Assembly: GCA_001794905.1 (NCBI GenBank)
Contig: MGLW01000060.1
Location: 1-13,160, forward strand
Direction of reading: 5' to 3'
DNA from: Chlamydiae bacterium RIFCSPHIGHO2_12_FULL_49_11
Lineage (GTDB): Bacteria > Chlamydiota > Chlamydiia > Chlamydiales > 2-12-FULL-49-11
Length of the DNA: 13,160 bases
The notes below the pieces were generated by a model that saw nothing but the letters and a program-made list of their open reading frames with translations, ran no database searches and was not told the origin of the DNA. The translations under genes and the position numbers were made by a program. Positions 6,256-13,160 of this stretch are shown here, piece by piece. The stretch's first letter is position 1; every line of letters starts with the position of its first letter.

Positions 6256-6672
6256 TTAAACTCTTCTTCGTTTTCTTGGTCTGCAACCGTTATGGGGAAC
6301 AGGTGTTTTATCTTTGATCGCGGTAATCGTAAGTCCGCCGCTGCTCAGCCCACGGACGGCAGATTCCCGTCCTGCCCCTGCTCCGTTAAGAAGCACATCT
6401 ACTTCTTTCATGCCGGCAATGGAAATTGCTTTCTTGGCAGCATTCTGTGCCGCCACAACAGCAGCAAAAGAGGAAGATTTTTTCGATCCCGCAAATCCTG
6501 ACGATCCGCAAGAGGCAAAAGAGATCACATTCCCCGAATGGTCGGTAATAGTGATGATCGTGTTGTTGAATGTCGCTTTCACATGCGCGGTTCCCGTAGA
6601 GCAAACCTTTTTCTTTTTCACCTTGACAGGTGCTTTTTTCTTCATGATTTTTTGTGGATTTTCTTTCGCCAT
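6256..6672 (-). CDS. rpsK: 30S ribosomal protein S11
   Basis: [25 protein letters not shown] and [16 protein letters not shown]. Confidence 0.99.
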   Translation of the reverse strand: MAKENPQKIMKKKAPVKVKKKKVCSTGTAHVKATFNNTIITITDHSGNVISFASCGSSGFAGSKKSSSFAAVVAAQNAAKKAISIAGMKEVDVLLNGAGAGRESAVRGLSSGGLTITAIKDKTPVPHNGCRPRKRRRV

Positions 6673-6693
6673 TCCAGAGACCTTTTCCTAAAA

Positions 6694-7071
6694 TTATTTT
6701 ACCGCTTTTTTCTTGTTCGCAACTGTTTTTCGTTTTCCTTTTCGAGTGCGGGCATTTGTCCGTGTCCGTTGCCCTCTTGTGGGAAGTCCTAGTCGATGCC
6801 TTTGTCCGCGATAGCAGTTAATGCCGATAAGCCGTTTGATATTTGACTGCACTTCCCTTCTCAAATCCCCCTCCACGACGAAGTTGGTTTGAATATGGGT
6901 CGCAATCTTGGCAGCTTCCGCTTCACTGACCTTGTCGGAGGAAAGGTTGGGATCCAGCCCCAGTTCCGCAATGATTTTCTTAGATCTGTGGAGACCGATC
7001 CCGTGGATATAAGTCAGCGCTATTTCCAGTCTTTTTTTCTTGGGTAAATCAACACCCGCAATCCTTGGCAT
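6694..7071 (-). CDS. rpsM: 30S ribosomal protein S13
   Basis: [25 protein letters not shown] and [18 protein letters not shown]. Confidence 0.99.
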   Translation of the reverse strand: MPRIAGVDLPKKKRLEIALTYIHGIGLHRSKKIIAELGLDPNLSSDKVSEAEAAKIATHIQTNFVVEGDLRREVQSNIKRLIGINCYRGQRHRLGLPTRGQRTRTNARTRKGKRKTVANKKKAVK

Positions 7072-7092
7072 ATAGTATATTTCCTTTTAACG

Positions 7093-8445
7093 TTAACGTA
7101 AAACTTTCCGGCTCATAAATCCATCGTACTTATTAGCAATAAGATATGAATCAATTTGCTTTGTCGTATCGAGGACGACCCCAATCAAAATCAAGAGGGA
7201 AGTCCCTCCGAAAAAGTGACTGATAGTATATCCTACCGACAATAGTTTGCCAACAATTGTTGGTAAAATTGCGATTACAGCCAAAAATATTCCCCCCAGC
7301 AAGGTAATCCGGTTCATGCAGTAATCAAGGTATTCCTCGGTGGGTTTTCCTTGCCGGATACCGGGCACAAAAGCTCCGTGGCGCTTCATTTCAGAAACGA
7401 TATTCTGCGGATTAAACTGGTTTGCCGTCCAAATGTAAGTAAAAAATAAAATGAGGACGACGTAAATACTCATGTAAACGAAAGAACCGGGGGAAAGGTA
7501 GTGGGCAAGCTTACGCGCCAGTTCCGAGCCGGACATAAATTGCGTGACGGTAGCAGGAAGCATGAGGACCGAATTGGCGATGATGACGGGAATCACTCCG
7601 GAAAAATTAATTTTTAGGGGGATAAAGGATGCAGTGGTTCCTTCTTCGTTTCTTCGCGCATACTGGAGAGGAATTTTTCTGACTCCCTGAATCGCAAGTA
7701 TGGTCCCGAGGACGATACACACAAATACCGAAGACAGGACGAAGAGGGAGGTAAAGGAAAGTTCTCCCGCCTCCTGAGAATCAAGATTCAAGGAGCGCGT
7801 TATGGAGCCGATCATGGACGGAAAAGAGGCAATAATGCCGAGGGTGATGATCAAACTTACCCCGTTACCGACCCCTTTCTCGGAAATCTGTTCACCGAGC
7901 CACATTAGAACCAAGGTACCCGAAGTCATCGTCACGATGACAAGAGCATAGAATAAGATGGGAGTATAGAAAAGTTCGTAAGACAATATGGACTGGTAGA
8001 GAATTCCGGGATGAGACAAGTTCATGGCAATGGCATGGCGAGCAAAGAAAGTGGCTTGCACTACAGCAAATAAGATCGTGAGCATGCGCGTATTGCGCGA
8101 CATTTTGCGCTTTCCCTGGTCAGGACTTTCTTTCATTTCACGAGTCATGGAGGGAACGATCATCATGAGCATTTGCATGATGATGGAAGCGGAGATGTAC
8201 GGCATCACCCCGAGAGCGGTGATGGTCATATGGGCAAAAGCGCCGCCCGTGAACATGTCGACGAGTTGCAAAAGATTTTGGCCTCCCCCGCTGGCAAACT
8301 TGGCTACTTTGACCACTTCTTCTCCGTTAATTCCCGGTACGGGGATATAGGCTCCGATGCGGCAAATTGCGAGAACAAAGAGAGTAAAAAAAATCCTCTC
8401 TTTTAATTCCTTTGAGGTTAATATCTTTCGCAATTTCTCTATCAT
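7093..8445 (-). CDS. secY: Preprotein translocase subunit SecY
   Basis: RIGAYIPVPG, ALGVMPYISASII, MWLGEQISEKGVGNGVSL, VPGIRQGKPT and FGGTSLLILIGV. ATGA overlap with rplO. Confidence 0.99.
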   Translation of the reverse strand: MIEKLRKILTSKELKERIFFTLFVLAICRIGAYIPVPGINGEEVVKVAKFASGGGQNLLQLVDMFTGGAFAHMTITALGVMPYISASIIMQMLMMIVPSMTREMKESPDQGKRKMSRNTRMLTILFAVVQATFFARHAIAMNLSHPGILYQSILSYELFYTPILFYALVIVTMTSGTLVLMWLGEQISEKGVGNGVSLIITLGIIASFPSMIGSITRSLNLDSQEAGELSFTSLFVLSSVFVCIVLGTILAIQGVRKIPLQYARRNEEGTTASFIPLKINFSGVIPVIIANSVLMLPATVTQFMSGSELARKLAHYLSPGSFVYMSIYVVLILFFTYIWTANQFNPQNIVSEMKRHGAFVPGIRQGKPTEEYLDYCMNRITLLGGIFLAVIAILPTIVGKLLSVGYTISHFFGGTSLLILIGVVLDTTKQIDSYLIANKYDGFMSRKVLR

Positions 8446-8897
8446 TTTGTATTCTCGATCGTTCCTTTGGCCTCGCGGATTTTTTCTTCCGCCGATTTTG
8501 AAATACGGTCCACTTCAAATCGGAGCGCTTTGGAAAGCTTTCCATTCCCGAGAATCTTCACGAGAGGGCTCCTTTTTTTCGGAATGAGGTTTTTCGCTTG
8601 CAGCGTTTCGAGTGATACCGTCTCTCCTTCCATGTAGAGAGTATCAATACGAACTAAGTTGAGCACAAAGGTTTCTTCCAACACGATGCCCCGAGTAAAG
8701 CCACGGATCGGAATCCGTTTGAACATCGGGAGCTGGCCCCCCTCCCTTCCATGCCGCCTTTTGTAACCGCTTCGCGACTTGGCGCCTTTTGCCCCGCGGG
8801 CGCAGGTTTTCCCTTTTCCGCTGCCGATTCCGCGTCCGACACGTTTCGTGCTGACCTTCTTCCGGTGGGTATTTTTAAGCTGAGACAATGATACCAT
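8442..8897 (-). CDS. rplO: 50S ribosomal protein L15
   Basis: KRVGRGIGSGKGKT, EGGQLPMFKRIP.RGF and VKILGNG. Confidence 0.98.
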   Translation of the reverse strand: MVSLSQLKNTHRKKVSTKRVGRGIGSGKGKTCARGAKGAKSRSGYKRRHGREGGQLPMFKRIPIRGFTRGIVLEETFVLNLVRIDTLYMEGETVSLETLQAKNLIPKKRSPLVKILGNGKLSKALRFEVDRISKSAEEKIREAKGTIENTK

Positions 8898-9378
8898 TCT
8901 GTCCTCTCAAAGCTAATTTGTGATTGCGATTTTGTAATTTTAGGAGGGCTTTCAACGTAGCCCGAACCTGATTGCCCGGGTTATTCCCGGCAAGATTTTT
9001 TGCAACGACGTCCTTGACACCGGTCATTTCAAGCAAGGAACGCACATGGGATCCGGCGATGATTCCGGTTCCGGCAGGGGCAGACTTGATGAGAACCGTG
9101 GCACCGTCGTGCTTAGCACAAGTATCATGCGGAATCGTATGTTCGAAAAGCTCGAATCGGTAGAATTTTTTTCTCCCCTCATCAACGGCTTTGCGAATGG
9201 CATCCTGCACCTCGTTTGCTTTTGCAAATCCGAGGCCCACACCGCCTTTTCCGTCGCCGACAAGCACTAGCGCCGAAAAGCTGAAGCGTCTTCCGCCTTT
9301 CACTACTTTCGCACAACGGTTGACGTAGAGAACTTTTTCTTGCACTTCTGATTTGTTTGAACTTTCTTTTTCTTTCAT
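8875..9378 (-). CDS. rpsE: 30S ribosomal protein S5
   Basis: VNRCAKVVKGGRRFSFSALVLVGDG and APAGTGIIAG. Confidence 0.98.
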   Translation of the reverse strand: MKEKESSNKSEVQEKVLYVNRCAKVVKGGRRFSFSALVLVGDGKGGVGLGFAKANEVQDAIRKAVDEGRKKFYRFELFEHTIPHDTCAKHDGATVLIKSAPAGTGIIAGSHVRSLLEMTGVKDVVAKNLAGNNPGNQVRATLKALLKLQNRNHKLALRGQNGIIVSA

Positions 9379-9386
9379 AATTTTCC

Positions 9387-9746
9387 TTAAAATTGGAGTC
9401 CCGCTTCTCTCGCACCGTTTGCCATAAGTGCCACATGGCCGTGGAACTTGTACATTCCTCGATCAAACACAACGTGTGTAATCCCTTTAGCCTTGGCAAG
9501 AGCGCCTATTTGTTTGCCGAGCTCGCTGGAACGGGCCTTTCTTTCTTTGAGAGAGGCAAATTCCTTTGAAAGGGTGCTTTTAGCCACAATGGTTTGGCCT
9601 ACATTGTCATCAATAATTTGTACATACAGCTGTGTGTTCGAACGAAATACCGACATGCGCATATGGCGATGCGAATGAAATTTCTTGCGCACACGCGATT
9701 TTCTTCTTTGACGCTGCACTTGTGTAGATTTTTGTTCACTGATCAT
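9387..9746 (-). CDS. rplR: 50S ribosomal protein L18
   Basis: RMSVFRSN..LYVQIIDD, VVFDRG.YKFHG and AREAGLQF. Confidence 0.98.
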   Translation of the reverse strand: MISEQKSTQVQRQRRKSRVRKKFHSHRHMRMSVFRSNTQLYVQIIDDNVGQTIVAKSTLSKEFASLKERKARSSELGKQIGALAKAKGITHVVFDRGMYKFHGHVALMANGAREAGLQF

Positions 9747-9755
9747 AGTTTTCTC

Positions 9756-10295
9756 TTATTTTTTAGCAGATTTTCCCGCTTTTCTCACAATTTGTTCTCC
9801 GTCGTAACGGATTCCTTTCCCTTTGTAAGGCTCCGGAGGTCGTGCAGCTCGCAAACTTGCGGCAAACTGTCCCACCACCTGCCGATCGAAGCCGCTCACG
9901 ACAACAACGGTGTTTTTATCAATTTCCACTTTGACCCCTTGCGGAATGGAAAGTTGCACAGGATGCGAATACCCAAGTGTCATTTCCACCATATTTCCCC
10001 GCAGGGCAGCACGGTAACCGACACCGACAAGCTCCAATTTTTTCGTATATCCTGCAACGACATCGGTCACAGCGTTTTTCACACGCGCACTATCGAGGCC
10101 GTAGAACGACTTTTCTTGTTTTGTTTCATCGAATGAAAGGGCAATCACTCCTTCCTCATAAGAAGCAGAAATCCCCGGATGAAGCTCAACCTTGAGACTT
10201 CCTCTGGGTCCTTTCACCTGAATCACACTTTTTCCCGAGAGGGTCACTTCTACCCCTGGGGGAACATGAATCGGTTTTTTAGCTAATCGTGACAT
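9756..10295 (-). CDS. rplF: 50S ribosomal protein L6
   Basis: MSRLAKKPI, LELVGVGYRA, LGYSHPV and RPPEPYKGKGIRY. Confidence 0.99.
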   Translation of the reverse strand: MSRLAKKPIHVPPGVEVTLSGKSVIQVKGPRGSLKVELHPGISASYEEGVIALSFDETKQEKSFYGLDSARVKNAVTDVVAGYTKKLELVGVGYRAALRGNMVEMTLGYSHPVQLSIPQGVKVEIDKNTVVVVSGFDRQVVGQFAASLRAARPPEPYKGKGIRYDGEQIVRKAGKSAKK

Positions 10296-10308
10296 CGTTC
10301 AGACTCCT

Positions 10309-10698
10309 TTACCATACCGTACAAATCAATTCACCGCCCACGCCTTCCTTGCGTGCTTCGGCTCCAGTTTTCACCCCTTTTGAGGTCGATACAACAGAAA
10401 TTCCGAGCCCTTTATGGACAATCGGCATTTCATCCTTATTCAAATAAATACGGCATCCGGAAGTAGAAGAGCGACGGAGCCCTCGAATAATCGGGTTTCT
10501 CTCCGTATCATATTTGAGATAGACTCTAACCAGCCGTTTATTGTCCGACTCTTTGAAATCGTAGACGAAACCGGTTTTTTTAAACACGTTCAGAATGCTG
10601 CGCACCATTTTACTATTCAGCGCATCGACAAATTTGTGTTTTCTCATGAGAGCGTTTCTTACTCGTGTCAAGAGATCGGCAATAATATCATTTACCAT
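10309..10698 (-). CDS. rpsH: 30S ribosomal protein S8
   Basis: DIIADLLTRVRNA, GLGISVVSTSKGV and GVGGELICTVW. Confidence 0.98.
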   Translation of the reverse strand: MVNDIIADLLTRVRNALMRKHKFVDALNSKMVRSILNVFKKTGFVYDFKESDNKRLVRVYLKYDTERNPIIRGLRRSSTSGCRIYLNKDEMPIVHKGLGISVVSTSKGVKTGAEARKEGVGGELICTVW

Positions 10699-10716
10699 TT
10701 CATATTCCTTTATATT

Positions 10717-11262
10717 TTAACTCTTTTTGAGCGGTAGACCCAGCATCCTCAGGAGGGCGATACACTCTTCATCCGATTGTGCCGTTGTTACGAAGGTGAT
10801 GTTCATCCCTTGTACAATAGCAATTTTATCCAAATCGACTTCCGGAAACATCGATTGCTCTTTCAATCCGAAAGAAAGGCTTCCTCTTCCGTCTCCTTTA
10901 AGCTTCAATCCTCTAAAGTCGGGAATGCGCGGCGCGACGATATGTTGGAACCGGTACAAAAAGTCGTACATACGGCTCCCTCTCAGCGTTACTTTCAATC
11001 CGATGATCTGGTCTTCTCGCAGTTTAAAGTTCGAAATCGATTTGGTTGACCGTATAAAAATCGGCTTTTGGCCGGCAATTTGCATTAAATCATTATGGCA
11101 CGCATCGAGGTGTTTTTTATCTTTTGTTGCCTTGGCAAGACCCATGCTAATGACGATCTTCTTGAGTTCGGGAACCTCGTGCAGATTGCCGTACCCGAAC
11201 CGCTGCTGCAGCTCGCCTACGACCGATTCCTTGTAATGCTGTTTGAGTTGTGCTTGTGTCAT
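10717..11262 (-). CDS. rplE: 50S ribosomal protein L5
   Basis: VPELKKIVISMG, IAGQKP, KSISNFKLRE, KVTLRG and PRIPDFRG. Confidence 0.99.
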   Translation of the reverse strand: MTQAQLKQHYKESVVGELQQRFGYGNLHEVPELKKIVISMGLAKATKDKKHLDACHNDLMQIAGQKPIFIRSTKSISNFKLREDQIIGLKVTLRGSRMYDFLYRFQHIVAPRIPDFRGLKLKGDGRGSLSFGLKEQSMFPEVDLDKIAIVQGMNITFVTTAQSDEECIALLRMLGLPLKKS

Positions 11263-11272
11263 ACTTTCATCC

Positions 11273-11593
11273 TCAGATGGTTCGAATTACTTTCTCTTCA
11301 TTTTCTTTTGTTTTAAAATAAATTTCTTTCTTATCTTCCCGGATACGCGTGCGGAGCTTTACGGCCTCGCCTTTATGGCAGTACATCACATTCGAAATGT
11401 TTATCGGCGCATTAAACTCCACCATTTTTCCCGGCGTGTTATCGCCCCGGGATTTTTGATGTTTTTTACGCTTGCATACTCCTTTCACGACAACCCGATC
11501 TTTGTCAATCGATACGACACTTCCTTCGACGCCTTTATCATTGCCCGCAATCACGATCACAGGATCATTTACTTTCAGCCGTTTCATCTTCAT
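11273..11593 (-). CDS. rplX: 50S ribosomal protein L24
   Basis: KOW motif D.VIVIAGNDKGVEG.V and APINISNV. SD AGGAG upstream. Confidence 0.97.
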   Translation of the reverse strand: MKMKRLKVNDPVIVIAGNDKGVEGSVVSIDKDRVVVKGVCKRKKHQKSRGDNTPGKMVEFNAPINISNVMYCHKGEAVKLRTRIREDKKEIYFKTKENEEKVIRTI

Positions 11594-11599
11594 TCTCTC

Positions 11600-11971
11600 C
11601 TAAATAACTTCTACCGCTTTGGAAACGATTTCCATAAATCCCCGATCGCGGATTTCCCGTGCAATCGGTCCAAAGATGCGCGTACCTCGCGGATTTTCCA
11701 GCTTGTCATCGAGAATGACACAACTGTTATCAAAAAACTTCAAATAGCTTCCGTCGGCACGTCGTATTCTCTGTTTAGTACGAACAACAACCGCTTTCAC
11801 AACGCTTTTCTTTTTTACGATCGCTTTGGGAGTCGCTTCCTTTACCGAGCAGACGATCACATCTCCCACACGGGCATAACGCCTGCCTGTTCCGCCGAGA
11901 ACACGAATGCATCGCACTCGTTTCGCTCCCGTATTATCTGCCACGTCCAGTTCTGTTTCTTCTTGAATCAT
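11600..11971 (-). CDS. rplN: 50S ribosomal protein L14
   Basis: [15 protein letters not shown] and [13 protein letters not shown]. Confidence 0.99.
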   Translation of the reverse strand: MIQEETELDVADNTGAKRVRCIRVLGGTGRRYARVGDVIVCSVKEATPKAIVKKKSVVKAVVVRTKQRIRRADGSYLKFFDNSCVILDDKLENPRGTRIFGPIAREIRDRGFMEIVSKAVEVI

Positions 11972-11990
11972 AACTCTTTTCTCTTTTTGC

Positions 11991-12224
11991 TTAGGCGTCT
12001 AAAACGCGCCATCTTTTTGTTTTCGATAAGGGTCTTGTTTCTACAATCGTCACGGCATCCCCTTCCTTGCAGCGGTTTTGCTCATCATGAGCATAAAATT
12101 TCCGTTTGAGTGTCACCACTTTTTTGTAGAGGGGGTGCGGCATCCGTGTTGACACGGTTACGACGACCGTTTTATCCATTTTATTGGACGAGACGACACC
12201 TGTAAATGTTTTACGTTTATGCAT
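11991..12224 (-). CDS. rpsQ: 30S ribosomal protein S17
   Basis: [20 protein letters not shown] and [12 protein letters not shown]. The start is ATG 12224 (4 nt after the rpmC stop) or ATG 12248 (20-nt overlap with rpmC). Confidence 0.96.
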   Translation of the reverse strand: MHKRKTFTGVVSSNKMDKTVVVTVSTRMPHPLYKKVVTLKRKFYAHDEQNRCKEGDAVTIVETRPLSKTKRWRVLDA

Positions 12225-12228
12225 ATCT

Positions 12229-12426
12229 TTAAACTCTTGCTTTTGCATTTAATAATGTTTTTGCCTGTGCGATTCTCTTGCGGGTCAAAACAAAGAGGTG
12301 GGGCTTATCCACTTTTTTTTGACGGTTCGCCTCGATGCGCAGCTTTACAAGCTCTTTCGAGAGAGAACCAATTGTTGTCTCGAGCTCTTTCTCATCAAAA
12401 TTTTTCAGTTCTTCAAAAGTGACCAT
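12229..12426 (-). CDS. rpmC: 50S ribosomal protein L29
   Basis: EEL....KEL...L.KELVKLR...KPH....RKRIAQAKT, in the expected position between rplP and rpsQ. ATG 12426 is favoured (GGAAGG 8 nt upstream); GTG 12432 is the alternative. Confidence 0.93.
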   Translation of the reverse strand: MVTFEELKNFDEKELETTIGSLSKELVKLRIEANRQKKVDKPHLFVLTRKRIAQAKTLLNAKARV

Positions 12427-12431
12427 AGACA

Positions 12432-12857
12432 CTACCTTCCAATCCTTTCTAATCTTTCTACAAACCGCGTACGGATACCAAGTTTTCCTTCGGCAATCCG
12501 GAAAGCGGCTTGTGCATCTTCTTTCGACACGTTCGATACTTCAAACATGATCCGTCCCGGGCGCACCGAAGCCGCATAATGATCTACAGCTCCCTTTCCT
12601 TTTCCCATCCGAGTTTCGGCAGGTTTTTTGGTGATCGGTTTGTCGGGAAAAATACGAATCCATACTTTTCCCTTGCGGCTGAAAAACCGACTGATCACAA
12701 TCCGGCACGCTTCAATCTGGTTCGACGTCACATATCCACGCGTGAGAGCTTGCATACCGTAATCCCCAAATTCGACAAATGCTCCCCCTTTACAGAGTCC
12801 TTCCAGGGAGCCTTTCTGATTCTTTCTAAATTTTGTTCTCTTAGGTGCGAGTGCCAT
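12432..12857 (-). CDS. rplP: 50S ribosomal protein L16
   Basis: [14 protein letters not shown] and [24 protein letters not shown]. Confidence 0.99.
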   Translation of the reverse strand: MALAPKRTKFRKNQKGSLEGLCKGGAFVEFGDYGMQALTRGYVTSNQIEACRIVISRFFSRKGKVWIRIFPDKPITKKPAETRMGKGKGAVDHYAASVRPGRIMFEVSNVSKEDAQAAFRIAEGKLGIRTRFVERLERIGR

Positions 12858-12866
12858 GGTTCATCC

Positions 12867-13160
12867 TTATTTTGCTTCTTCCGTTTCTCCGATCGTGATC
12901 CATACTTTGACCCCGATCGCTCCATACGTCGTCTCTGCCCGTGCTGTTGCGTAATCGATTTTAAAACGCAACGTTTGCATAGGGACTTTGCCTTCCTTAT
13001 ACCATTCCGAACGGGCAATCTCTGCGCCGCCGAGCCTTCCGGAGCACTGAATTTTCACACCTAACGCGCCGGAGTCCATCGCGCTCTGAATCGACTTTTT
13101 CATGACCTTGCGGTACGATGCACGCCTCTCAAGCTGCCGAGCAATATTACCAGCAACCAG
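12867..13160 (-). CDS. rpsC: 30S ribosomal protein S3 (3' part; start lies outside the window)
   Basis: Frame open from the window edge: [22 protein letters not shown]...[26 protein letters not shown]...[12 protein letters not shown]. Confidence 0.99.
   Translation of the reverse strand: MVAGNIARQLERRASYRKVMKKSIQSAMDSGALGVKIQCSGRLGGAEIARSEWYKEGKVPMQTLRFKIDYATARAETTYGAIGVKVWITIGETEEAK

Noticed and set aside
7087..7099. Overlapping 10-bp palindromes TTAACGTTAA and ACGTTAACGT at the secY stop
   Set aside because: Short, loopless and plausible by chance.
3717..13064. Many long plus-strand and alternate-frame ORFs (e.g. 5488-6216, 11243-12109, 12510-13064)
   Set aside because: They overlap highly conserved housekeeping genes and have no recognisable domains, as expected for shadow ORFs.
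1..13160. Alternative genetic code, tRNA/rRNA, CRISPR, IS or prophage
   Set aside because: TAA, TAG and TGA all end conserved genes at expected positions. By eye I saw no repeat arrays, RNA gene signatures or mobility genes; an Infernal/tRNAscan run would be needed to exclude small RNAs.

Overview
Chromosomal window from a member of the Chlamydiota. The assignment rests on a GrgA homologue, the rplQ-gapA-grgA gene order, the chlamydial L17 insertion, a CT582-type ParA, and a spc/alpha cluster lacking rpsN, rpmD, adk, map, infA, rpmJ and rpsD. Positions 4730-13160 on the minus strand hold the distal S10-spc-alpha ribosomal cluster: rpsC (partial), rplP, rpmC, rpsQ, rplN, rplX, rplE, rpsH, rplF, rplR, rpsE, rplO, secY, rpsM, rpsK, rpoA, rplQ. 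gapA and grgA follow. The left 2.9 kb is more variable. It has a three-gene minus-strand unit behind a good sigma66-type promoter (His-rich putative exported protein, TspO, 4-TM DUF1772-like protein), converging on a GT2 glycosyltransferase. That gene is divergent from a ParA-family ATPase that runs off the left edge and is missing from the ORF track. I saw no RNA genes, CRISPR array or mobile element. The best novelty candidates are the TspO operon and a hairpin covering the grgA ribosome-binding region; both are hypotheses. Comparisons with known proteins are from memory, not database searches.
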